Origin: Myxococcales bacterium
Lineage (GTDB): Bacteria; Myxococcota_A; Polyangia; Polyangiales; DASUME01
DNA: 64,000 nucleotides
NCBI GenBank assembly: GCA_047601445.1
Contig: JASGJH010000001.1
Span: 1,664,001-1,728,000 of the forward strand
Direction: 5' to 3'
Shown: positions 38,945-48,419 of the stretch, piece by piece
Numbering within the stretch: position 1 is the first letter of the stretch
How the letters are laid out: every line of letters begins with the position of its first letter
Program-made: the position numbers and the translations under genes
The notes under the pieces: generated by a model
What the model was told of the DNA's origin: nothing
Databases searched by the model: none
What the model saw: the letters and a program-made list of their open reading frames with translations, nothing else

Positions 38945-40594
38945 ATGGATTCGCACCACGAGACTGCAGGATCGATCCAGATCGGGTCGCTGCCCCACGA
39001 CGTCGCCAACGATCCACTCACATCGCTGCTGGCCGCGCACGGGCGCGGCGTCGAAGCGGGTACCTCCGCCCACGAACCAAGCGTCGCCCCTGTCTTGGCG
39101 GGCTCACGCGAAGGGCTGACACAGCTCGCGCGGTTGCTCGCACGGGCCACGGACACGGCCCTTTCGGCACGCAGACTGAGCGGGCCGCTGCCTCCGGGAA
39201 GTCCCGGCGAAGTTATGCGCAACGCCGCACTCGCACTAGGGCCGGCCGAGCTGCCGCGCGATGGAATCGGCGCAGAAGCCGCGCTCGAGCGCGTCACACG
39301 CTTGCTCATCGAGTACGGACTCGATTTGACGCACCCACGCGCGGTTGCGCACTTGCAGCCAGCGCCGCTGGCCGTGGCCGTGGTCGCGGATACGCTCGCG
39401 AGTCTTAGCAATGCCTCCCTCGACACCTACGACTCGGGTCCGTCGGGCATCGCCGTGGAGCGCTGGCTGATCGCGACGCTCGCCAGAATGGCGAAGCTCG
39501 GCGCATGTGCAGGCGGCGTGATGACTCCGGGCGGGTCGATGTCCAACCTCCTCGCCCTGCTGCTGGCGCGCGATGCGGCCGCACTGCGGCGCGGTGTAGA
39601 TGCCCGCCGTTCAGGCGTGAGCGCAATGTCGAAGCCGGTGGTCTTCTGCTCGGAGCTCTCGCACTTCTCCGTGCATCGTGCATGCGCCGCGTTGGGCCTC
39701 GGTGAGGACGCGGTCCGGCCCGTCCCCACGGACGACCGTCGGTGCATGCGCGTGGACGCGCTGGCGGCGCTCTTGAGCAGCCTCGACGCGTCTCACACAC
39801 CGATCGCGATCGTGGCCACCGCGGGCACGACCGACTTCGGTTCGGTCGACCCGCTGCATGCCATCGCCGAGCTCGCGCGAGCGCACCGCGTGTGGCTGCA
39901 CGTGGACGCCGCCTACGGCTTCGGGGCGCTCTTCTCGGAGCGCCTGGCCGAAAAGCTTACGGGCCTGGAGCGCGCTGACTCCATCACGCTCGACCTGCAC
40001 AAGCTCGGATGGCAGCCGGCTGCCACCAGTGTGCTCCTGGTGGCAGACACCGCGACCTTCACGGCGCTCGAACGCGAGGTGGCCTATTTGAATCCGAACG
40101 ACGACGCCGAGGCTGGTCTCGACGGCCTGCTCGGACGCAGTCTGCAGACCACCCGCCGGCCCGATGCGCTGAAGGTGGCAGCCACCTTTCTGTCGGAGGG
40201 CCAACGGGGTCTCGGCGACATGGTGGACACCTGCCACGCGCTCGCGCGCCATGCCGAAGAGCGCATTGCGGCGGAGCCCGAGCTCGAGCTGATCGCTCCC
40301 GCGGAGCTCACTACCGTGGTGTTTCGCTATCGCTGCCGACACTGGCTCGGCGACCGCGACCACTTCGAAAACCAAGTGAACGGCGCCTTGCGCCGCCGGC
40401 TCCTGGAGCGTGGCCACGCGCTGATCGGGCGCACGGAAGTCACTCCCACAAGGGCCCAGGCACGTCCGCTCGTCTGCCTCAAGTTCACCTTGCTCAATCC
40501 CACCACCAAGCCCGATGAGCTCGACGAGCTCGTGCAGACCGTTCTGCGGGCGGGCCGCGAAGCCGAGCGCCACCTGGGAGACCACCTCGCATGA
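38945..40594 (+). CDS. group II PLP-dependent decarboxylase (DesA/DfoJ-like diamine-forming)
   Basis: HP…AHL, TPGGSMSN, HFSV, ATAGTTDFGSVDPL, HVDAAYG and DLHK (PLP lysine). Start 38945 or 38897. Confidence 0.93.
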   Translation: MDSHHETAGSIQIGSLPHDVANDPLTSLLAAHGRGVEAGTSAHEPSVAPVLAGSREGLTQLARLLARATDTALSARRLSGPLPPGSPGEVMRNAALALGPAELPRDGIGAEAALERVTRLLIEYGLDLTHPRAVAHLQPAPLAVAVVADTLASLSNASLDTYDSGPSGIAVERWLIATLARMAKLGACAGGVMTPGGSMSNLLALLLARDAAALRRGVDARRSGVSAMSKPVVFCSELSHFSVHRACAALGLGEDAVRPVPTDDRRCMRVDALAALLSSLDASHTPIAIVATAGTTDFGSVDPLHAIAELARAHRVWLHVDAAYGFGALFSERLAEKLTGLERADSITLDLHKLGWQPAATSVLLVADTATFTALEREVAYLNPNDDAEAGLDGLLGRSLQTTRRPDALKVAATFLSEGQRGLGDMVDTCHALARHAEERIAAEPELELIAPAELTTVVFRYRCRHWLGDRDHFENQVNGALRRRLLERGHALIGRTEVTPTRAQARPLVCLKFTLLNPTTKPDELDELVQTVLRAGREAERHLGDHLA

Positions 40595-42042
40595 CCCAAG
40601 CACGCTTCAACGGTCCCAAGGCAGACAGCCGAGTCGAAGCGGGCGGTTCGGCCCGCGAGCAAGCCTACCAGGCGGTCGCCATTGGCTGCGGCCCATTCAA
40701 CCTGGGACTCGCGGCGCTCGCGTCGACGCTACCCGAACTCGATCTCGTGGCGTTCGAGGCGCAGCCCGAGCTGCGCTGGCACCCGGGGCTGATGTTCGAA
40801 GACGCCACCTTCCAGCTCAGCTTTCTCGCCGATCTCGTCACCCTGGTGGATCCCACCCATCCACTCTCGTTCCTCGCTTACCTGCGCGACGTCGATCGGA
40901 TGTATCCGTTCTTCATCCGCGAGCGCTTCCACCCTACCCGACGCGAGTACGAGGACTACCTGCGTTGGGTGGCCGGAAAGCTGCCCAGCGTTCGCTTCGG
41001 CCACCGCGTGGAGGAGGTGCGCTGGGACCGGAGTCTTTTCCTGTTCGTGGTGCACGTCGTCGGCCCCGCCGGCCGCACGCGCGTGCTGGCAAAAGACCTC
41101 GTCATCGGCATCGGCACCGAGCCGTGCTTGCCCGAAGCGCTCACAGCTCTGCCTCGCAACCGCTGCGTGCATTCAGGGCACTACCTGCACGAACTCCCGC
41201 AGATCACCCGGGCTCGGCATCTCACGGTGGTGGGCTCGGGCCAGTCGGCCGCGGAGTGTGCGCTCGACGCGCTGCGGCGCAACCTCGATGGCGGTGCGCC
41301 CCTGTCATGGATCACGCGCACCCCCGCGTTTGCGCCGCTCGATTACACGAAGCTCGTCCTCGAAATGACCACGCCTGCCTACGTCCGCTACTTCCACGGA
41401 TTGCCGCAGGACACCAAGGACCGCCTCGTACGCGAGCAGTGGCAGCACTACAAAGGGATCTCCGTCGACACCCTCGAAGCCATCCACGACACGCTCTATC
41501 AGCGCGAGCTCAGGACAGGCCTCGAACCTGTGGAGCTACGCAGCGGAGTGGCCGTGGAAGGGGCGCGGCTCGACGGGTCGGGGGACGTGATTCTGCGCTG
41601 TCGCCACCGCGACACCAACACCACATTCGAGCACAGGACGTCTTTGGTGGTGGCGGCCACGGGATACCGTGAGCGCTCGCCGGCCTTCCTCGAACCGCTC
41701 GAGCCCCTGCTGATGCGCGACGACCTGGGCCGCTACCGGGTCCGGCTCGACTACTCGATCGAGCTCGACTCCACCATCACCGGACGCATCTTCGTGGCCA
41801 ACGCCGAGCTGCATACCCACGGCGTCGCCACGCCGGACCTCGGCATGTGCGCGTTCCGCAACGCCACCATCCTCAACACGATCACGGGACGCGAGGTGCA
41901 CCGTCTACCTCGGCGCACAGCCTTCAGCAGCTTCGCCCTGCCCGCGCCCGAGCCGGTGCGTGAGCGAGAGCAAGCCGTGCGGCGCCAGGGTGCCGCCGTG
42001 GTCGGCCACGCCGGGCTCGACTTACCACAGCTGGAGCGTTGA
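40591..42042 (+). CDS. lysine/diamine N-hydroxylase (DesB/IucD/AlcA family)
   Basis: IGCGPFNLGLA, WHPGLM, FLADLVTL.DPT, GSGQSAAE, YKGIS and ATGY motifs. Confidence 0.95.
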   Translation: MTQARFNGPKADSRVEAGGSAREQAYQAVAIGCGPFNLGLAALASTLPELDLVAFEAQPELRWHPGLMFEDATFQLSFLADLVTLVDPTHPLSFLAYLRDVDRMYPFFIRERFHPTRREYEDYLRWVAGKLPSVRFGHRVEEVRWDRSLFLFVVHVVGPAGRTRVLAKDLVIGIGTEPCLPEALTALPRNRCVHSGHYLHELPQITRARHLTVVGSGQSAAECALDALRRNLDGGAPLSWITRTPAFAPLDYTKLVLEMTTPAYVRYFHGLPQDTKDRLVREQWQHYKGISVDTLEAIHDTLYQRELRTGLEPVELRSGVAVEGARLDGSGDVILRCRHRDTNTTFEHRTSLVVAATGYRERSPAFLEPLEPLLMRDDLGRYRVRLDYSIELDSTITGRIFVANAELHTHGVATPDLGMCAFRNATILNTITGREVHRLPRRTAFSSFALPAPEPVREREQAVRRQGAAVVGHAGLDLPQLER

Positions 42043-42896
42043 CCATGACTCAGCAGCATTTCCACGTGGTGATCGTGGGCGCGGGACCCGCAGGCCTCGG
42101 AGCCGGTCTGTTCACAGCGCGCTACGGCCTGCGAACGCTCCTCTTCGATTGCGGCAAGAGCGTGCTCAAGCAGTGCGCCTACCTGGACAACTACCTCGGT
42201 TTTCCCGGCGGCATCGACGCCGACCAGTTCCTGGCATCGGCGCGCGCCCACGTGCTGGAAGCAGGCTGCCAGATCGCGCGCCGACGCGTGGTCTCCGTGC
42301 AGCGGGCGCCGCACGGGCCAGCGCGCTTCGTGGTCACGACGAATACCGGAGAGTGTGCCCTGGCTGATCGCGTGATCGCCGCGAGCGGCTTCGTCGCCCC
42401 TTACTTGCTCGGGCTCGAAGCCCAGTTGGTCGACTCAGAAGGCGAACTGCGGCCGGGCGCGGTAGCGAACCATGGCCGCACCGCGGTGGAGGGACTGTAT
42501 TTGGCGGGCTGTCTCTCGGGCGCCGAGAGCCAGGCGATGATCAGCGCTGGACACGCCGCCCAGGTCGCCCTCGAACTGGTGCGCGACGTGCGCCAAGAGG
42601 GAGGCCTGTGGGAAGCCCTCGCACGCTACCTCGACTGGCAGGTACGGCGGGGCACGTACGACCGTGAAAGCTGGGTCGAACGCGTACGCGCGTACTTCGA
42701 ACCACTGGTGCGCGCCGAGTCCGAGCACGATCGCACTGCCTTCGAGGCACAGCTCGCACGCTGGATCTCGGCCAAGCGCGCCCAGCAACTCGACACGAGC
42801 GAGGTCAAGCAACGCAGGGGCCGTGCGCGCGAGCTGCGTGGTGCAGTCTCCCCTCACACCGCAAGCCCGGTACAGACCGGACTGGAGGGATCGTGA
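42039..42896 (+). CDS. truncated thioredoxin-reductase-like FAD-binding protein
   Basis: GAGPAG, NYLGFPGGI and T.VEGLYLAG motifs. No CxxC and no recognisable NADPH domain. Confidence 0.75.
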   Translation: MTMTQQHFHVVIVGAGPAGLGAGLFTARYGLRTLLFDCGKSVLKQCAYLDNYLGFPGGIDADQFLASARAHVLEAGCQIARRRVVSVQRAPHGPARFVVTTNTGECALADRVIAASGFVAPYLLGLEAQLVDSEGELRPGAVANHGRTAVEGLYLAGCLSGAESQAMISAGHAAQVALELVRDVRQEGGLWEALARYLDWQVRRGTYDRESWVERVRAYFEPLVRAESEHDRTAFEAQLARWISAKRAQQLDTSEVKQRRGRARELRGAVSPHTASPVQTGLEGS

Positions 42897-44125
42897 CCCT
42901 CAAGCTTTTTCTGCTGCTCATGACGGCCATCGCGGTGGTGTGCGACTCGATGCTGCACCCCTTCTATCCCCAGTACTTCGCCAGCGTGTTCGGCGTGACG
43001 GACGCCCGTCACGTCGGGGCCTACATCGCCAGCTGCAGCCTGACCGTGCTGCTTACGTTCCCGCTCTGGGCGCTGATCGCGAAGCGAGTGAGCGTCCTTC
43101 GGCTCCTGATCGGGACTCAGCTCGGCACCTGCTTGTTGAGCCTCGTCTGCTACGGCACGCGCTCGCTCCTCGCATTCTGGGTCCTCTCCCTGTGCATGAT
43201 GGTGTGCAAGGCCAGCTATCTCCTGATCTATCCGTACGTGATGAGCTTGGAGCCCAAGGAGAACCATGTCAGCACCATCAGCCTGCTCGCGTTCGTGGTG
43301 TACTTCGGGAACATCTTGGCGGCCCTTGCGAGCGGTGCGCTCTTCGAGTTCGTCGACCCGCGCTCGCTGTTCGTTGCCATGGCGGCAGGCGACGCGCTTC
43401 AAATCGCCCTGTGCTGCTTCATGTTGCGTGCGGCCGAATCGCACCCAGCCCCGTCGTCGAGCAAGGACGAAACCCGGATCCCGACGCGCTACTTGCTGAA
43501 GCTCGGGCTCGTGATGTTCGTGCTCTACTTCAGCGCCTACATCAGCGAGCCTTTTTTTGCACAGTTCTGGGAGACGGTCGCTGCCCTCGACAACAAGTTC
43601 GTGGCCGGCAGTGTGTTCGCCATCCCGGGTGCGGCCGCACTGCTCGGGCTCTTCTTGAACGCTTCCGCAAGCGACGAGGAGGCCACCCCCTACTCCGGAA
43701 TCGCGCCCGCCATCGCGCTCGGAGTGGCCTCGCTGGCGATGCAAGCGAGTGGGCTTCCGCTCGCCGTGGTGGCCGGGCGCTTCCTGTACGGTTGGGCACT
43801 CTTCCAATCGATGGTGCGGCTCGATGGACTGCTATTCCGCTACAGCACCCCCGAGACCTACGCCGTCGATTTCAGCCAAGCCAACCTCTTTCAAGGGCTC
43901 GGCGTCCTGGTCGCCTCGAGCTGTGCAGGTTCGCTCGTCGAGGCCTTCGGGGTGCGGTTGCCCTTTGGCGTGGCCGCCCTCGGTTTCGTGATCGGCGGCC
44001 TCTTGTACCTGAGCCTCTTTCGCTCGGAGCTGCGCGGAGGCGCAGAGGCCTCGCTCGACTCGCGGGCAGAACCGCCCGCTTCGACTTCTCAGGTGACCGT
44101 CGACGAAGGGAGCAGTGCAGCGTGA
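42893..44125 (+). CDS. MFS transporter (candidate siderophore exporter)
   Basis: About 12 hydrophobic segments; GTGA-coupled at both ends within the operon. Confidence 0.85.
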   Translation: MTLKLFLLLMTAIAVVCDSMLHPFYPQYFASVFGVTDARHVGAYIASCSLTVLLTFPLWALIAKRVSVLRLLIGTQLGTCLLSLVCYGTRSLLAFWVLSLCMMVCKASYLLIYPYVMSLEPKENHVSTISLLAFVVYFGNILAALASGALFEFVDPRSLFVAMAAGDALQIALCCFMLRAAESHPAPSSSKDETRIPTRYLLKLGLVMFVLYFSAYISEPFFAQFWETVAALDNKFVAGSVFAIPGAAALLGLFLNASASDEEATPYSGIAPAIALGVASLAMQASGLPLAVVAGRFLYGWALFQSMVRLDGLLFRYSTPETYAVDFSQANLFQGLGVLVASSCAGSLVEAFGVRLPFGVAALGFVIGGLLYLSLFRSELRGGAEASLDSRAEPPASTSQVTVDEGSSAA

Positions 44126-46011
44126 AGACCGAACCTTTGTCCCCACTCCAAGTGACCGAACACCTCGAGCCCGAGGTGTGGTCCAAGGTCAATCGGCTAG
44201 TCATCGCCAAGGCGATCAGCGAGTTCGCTCACGAGCTGCTGATCGCGCCGCTCCTGGTGCGGATGGAAGGAGACTGGGGGCACTACGTGCTCACCACGGA
44301 CCAGCCCGACGTGGAGTATCGCTTCCGCGCCCGCGTCCTGAGCCTCGATCACTGGTGGATCGACAAGCTGTCTTTGAAGAAGGTCCAGCGCGGCTCCGCC
44401 GCCTCCCTCGACGCCCTCTGGTTCATGGTCGAGCTCCGAACCATGCTCGGGCTCTCGGACGCAGTGCTCCCTGAGTATCTCGAAGAGCTCGCCTGCACGC
44501 TCTATGGAGCCGCCCACAAGCACGCACGACCGGGGCCGAGCGCCGCCGTCCTGTGCCGCGGAACGTTCCAGGAGATCGAGACCGCCATGCTCGAAGGCCA
44601 CCCCATCTTCGTGGCCAACAACGCTCGCCTCGGCTTCAACGCTCGAGACTACCCTGCCTACGCGCCAGAGCTGGGGAAACCCATCTCGCTGACCTGGCTT
44701 GCGGTGCGCAAGGAGCTGCTCGCCTTCTCCTGTGTCGATGCGAGCGATTCTGCCCGTGCGCAAGACCCGCACCGCCTCGACTACACCGAGCTCATGGAGC
44801 AGGAGCTGGACCCGAAGACGCGGGACGCCTTCCACGGTGTGCTCGCTGCGCGCGGACTCGACACCGTGGACTATCGCCTGATGCCCGTCCACCCCTGGCA
44901 ATGGACCGATTGCGTCGCCCAGCTCTTCGCGGCCGACCTGGCGCGCGCCGACCTCGTCTACCTGGGTTCAGGCAGCGATCACTACCTCGCGCAGCAGTCG
45001 ATCCGCACACTCTACAACATCAGCCAGCCGCACAAGCGCTACGTAAAGACCTCGCTAAACATCCTGAACATGGGATTCACGCGCGGCATTCCGGCCTCCA
45101 TCGTGCGGGGCGCGGGCGTCAACGAGTGGGTCGAAGAGTTGGTGCGCGGGGATCCCTACCTCCATGCCCACGGCTTCCGCGTGATCCGCGAAGTGGCTTT
45201 CATGGCCTACCGCCACCGTCACTACGAGCGCGTCGTCAGTGAGCGCTCCTCCACTTACAAGGAGATGATGGGGGCCGTCTTCCGCGAGAACCCGGCGCGC
45301 CATCTCGCGACGGGTCAACGCTTGATGACGATGGCCGCGCTCATGTACATCGATCGCGACGGTGCGGCCCTGCTCCCGGCGCTGATCGAGGCCTCCGGAC
45401 TCGGCGTCGCCGAATGGCTGCGCCGCTACCTGCGCTGCTACCTGAAGCCCCTCCTGCACTGTTTCTACCAGCATCACCTGACGTTCTCTCCACACTGTGA
45501 AAACGTCATCCTGGTCCTCGAGCACCACGCGCCCGTGCGCCTCATCATCAAGGACCTCGCCGAAGACATCGGCGTGCTCAACCCGGACTTCGAACTTCCA
45601 CCGAAGGTACGAGGGCTCGCGCTCAAGGTTCCAGAGGATGTCATGACGCTCTCGATCTTCACGGATGCGTTCGACTGCGTGTTCCGCTTCCTGGCCCAGA
45701 TTCTCCTCGAACACGAGAACTTCTCCAACGAGGCCTTCTGGAGCGTCGTGGCGGCCTCCATCCACGAATACCAGTCGGAGCACCCTCACCTCGCCGAGAA
45801 GTTCCGCCGCTACGACCTCTTTGCCCCCACCTTCCTCCGCAACTGCCTCAATCGCCTGCAGCTCACCAACAACCGGATGATGGTCGACCTCAACGCACCC
45901 GAGCCGGTGGACAGCCTGCAGTTCGTTGGCACCCTGCTGAACCCGATCACTCACTTGAAAACGCGACGGGCCCTCCCCGTTCGAGCCGGAGAGACCCACG
46001 ATGCACTCTGA
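44122..46011 (+). CDS. IucA/IucC family NIS siderophore synthetase (DesD/AlcC-like)
   Basis: GTG 44122. KAISEFAHE, EGHP.FVAN..R.GF, PVHPWQW, AQQSIRT, YVK…LNMGF.RG and CLNRLQL motifs. Confidence 0.93.
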   Translation: MKTEPLSPLQVTEHLEPEVWSKVNRLVIAKAISEFAHELLIAPLLVRMEGDWGHYVLTTDQPDVEYRFRARVLSLDHWWIDKLSLKKVQRGSAASLDALWFMVELRTMLGLSDAVLPEYLEELACTLYGAAHKHARPGPSAAVLCRGTFQEIETAMLEGHPIFVANNARLGFNARDYPAYAPELGKPISLTWLAVRKELLAFSCVDASDSARAQDPHRLDYTELMEQELDPKTRDAFHGVLAARGLDTVDYRLMPVHPWQWTDCVAQLFAADLARADLVYLGSGSDHYLAQQSIRTLYNISQPHKRYVKTSLNILNMGFTRGIPASIVRGAGVNEWVEELVRGDPYLHAHGFRVIREVAFMAYRHRHYERVVSERSSTYKEMMGAVFRENPARHLATGQRLMTMAALMYIDRDGAALLPALIEASGLGVAEWLRRYLRCYLKPLLHCFYQHHLTFSPHCENVILVLEHHAPVRLIIKDLAEDIGVLNPDFELPPKVRGLALKVPEDVMTLSIFTDAFDCVFRFLAQILLEHENFSNEAFWSVVAASIHEYQSEHPHLAEKFRRYDLFAPTFLRNCLNRLQLTNNRMMVDLNAPEPVDSLQFVGTLLNPITHLKTRRALPVRAGETHDAL

Positions 46012-48413
46012 ACCCCTGGTCGCGCCAAAAGGCGAGTCCGCCGCGCTGACGGGCGGCGTCGTATTCGCCCAGCACCATCCTGTTTTCGGACCCGTGCAGA
46101 TTCGGCGCATGCGCAATCCGGAGGACATTCCGACGGTTCACGCCTGGGTTGGCCGAGAGTACGCGCGCTTCTGGGGCATGGTCGGGTACTCGTCCGAGCA
46201 GGTGGCCGCCGGCTATCGCGAGATCGCTCGCAACGCAGACGTCTTCCTCGGCTTTCAGGGGGACACGCCCATTTTCCTCATCGAATCCTACGACCCAAGA
46301 CGCGACCCCGTCGGGGGTCACTACGAGGTGCTGCCGGGCGACCGCGGCATGCACGTATTGATGGCTCCACCTGACCGACGCGTGAAGGGCTTCAGCTGGG
46401 CGGTCTTCTCGCTCGTGATGGACTTTCTTTTCGCCGATCCCGGCACGAAGCGCATCGTGGTGGAGCCGGACATCCGCAATCGCCGTATCCACGCGCTCAA
46501 CCGGCGCGCAGGCTTCCGCTACCAGAAGATGATCGAGCTTGGAAGCAAGACCGCCCACTTGGCATTCTGCACGCGCGCTCACTATCTGGAAGCCCTGGCA
46601 ACGCGAGAGGATACCCGGCTCGCCTACCCGCGCGCGCCTACGGCTCCCCATGGGCACGTCCAGCCAGAAGCCTGGCAGGCCGCCAACCGCGCACTGATCT
46701 GCAAGGCGATCTCCGAGTTTGCACACGAGGCGTTGCTCGAGCCCGTGCGAGTCGCCGAGGACGGACCGTGGGGGGTCTACGTACTGGAAGACTCCGAGCA
46801 TACCGTCAGCTATCGCTTTCGCGCACGCATGCTCGCCCTCGACCACTGGTGGATTCGAGCGTAGTTCGCTCGAGAAGCGCGCGGAACACGCCCCCAGCGA
46901 ACTCGACGCGCTCGCGTTCTTCGTGGAGTTCAACCTGCAGCTCGGCATGACCTCCGCGTTGCTACCGGTGTACTTGCAGGAGATCTCCGCCACGCTCTAT
47001 GCAGCGGCCTACAAGCACGAGCGCCAGGTGTTGAGCGCGGCCGACCTGGTCCACGCGGACTTCCAGGAGATCGAGACGTCCATGGCAGAGGGGCACCCAT
47101 GCTTCGTCGCCAACAGCGGACGCGTCGGCTTCGACGCCGATGACTACATCGCCTTTGCACCGGAAGCGGGCACCGATATCCGCATCGTTTGGCTCGCCGC
47201 CCACCGGCAGCACACGCAGTTCACCTCATCGTCCGATCTTTCCTATGAACGGCTCCTCCTGGAGGAGCTCGGTCCGGACACGCTGGCCGACTTCGCGCAG
47301 CGCCTCACGGGCCTGGGCCTCGTGGCCAGCGACTACGTCTATGTGCCGGTTCACCCTTGGCAGTGGTTCAACAAGCTGGTGTTCTTGTTCGCCACCGACC
47401 TGGCCAAGCGCGACCTCGTGTGCCTCGGCTACGGTGAGGATCGCTATCGGGCCCAGCAGTCCATCCGCACCCTGTTCAACCTGAGCCACCCCCGGAAGCG
47501 CTACGTCAAGATGGCGCTGTCGGTGCTCAACATGGGGTTCATGCGCGGATTGTCGGCCGACTACATGCGGGCCACGCCGGCGATCAACGACTGGGTTCAT
47601 CAGGTCGTCGAGAACGATCCTTGTTTCGCCGAGCTCGGCTTTGGCATCCTGCGCGAAGAAGCTGCCGTGGGCTACCGCAGTCCGCTGCTGCAAGCGGCCG
47701 TGCCCAGCGCGAGCCCATACCGCAAGATGCTCGCTGCGCTTTGGCGGGAGAGTCCGACGCAGCTGCTCGGCCCGGGCCGTCGGCTGATGACGATGGCCGC
47801 GCTCCTGCATCGCGATCGCGACGGGCGGGCGCTCTTGCCCCAGCTCATCAAGGCGTCCGGAGTGGACGTCGACGCGTGGCTCGCAGCGTACCTACGCTGC
47901 TATCTCGCGCCGCTACTTCACTGCCTGTACCGCTACGAGCTCGCCTTCATGCCGCACGGAGAAAACATCATTCTGCTGCTGGAGGAGAACCTGCCCATCA
48001 AGGCTCTGCTGAAGGACATCGCGGAGGAGGCCGTCGTGATGGACCCGGAAGCTGAGCTTCCCCCCGAGGTCGCGCGGCTGCGCGCTCCGGTTCCCGAGGA
48101 CGTGAAGGTGCTGTCCATCTTCACGGACGTATTCGACTGCTTCTTTCGCTACCTCGTTCAGATCCTGCTCGAGGAGGCGGGCTACCCCGAGGATCGCTTC
48201 TGGGAACGCGTGGCGGACTGCATCCGCGTCTACCAGGCAAGCCATCCCGAGCTCGCCGCGAAGTTCCAGCGCTACGACGTATTCGCAGCCACGTTCCAGC
48301 GGTCGTGCTTGAACCGTCTTCAACTGCGCAACAATCGCCAGCTGATCGATCTGACCGACCCTGCCAAGAACCTGCAGTTCGTGGGCACGCTGGCAAACCC
48401 AGTCGCGAGCTAA
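46001..48413 (+). CDS. acyltransferase (AlcB/DesC) fused to an IucA/IucC synthetase (DfoC-like), apparent +1 frameshift at ~46854
   Basis: YARFWGM, GDRGMH and VVEPD.RN GNAT motifs, then KAISEFAHE. Removing one T from GATTC 46852-46856 gives LDHWWIERSSLEK (paralog: LDHWWIDKLSLKK) and joins the 46719-48413 frame with HPWQW and PHGEN. Confidence 0.9.
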
Positions 48414-48419
48414 TCCCAG

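Noticed and set aside
42664..44121. Apparent 1115-aa giant synthetase
   Set aside because: The N-terminal part is an off-frame read through the MFS gene. Homology starts at GTG 44122.
46847..46864. Programmed frameshift or TAG readthrough producing the GNAT-NIS fusion
   Set aside because: There is no slippery sequence, readthrough would stay in the wrong frame, and the site matches the recurrent GATC insertion pattern.
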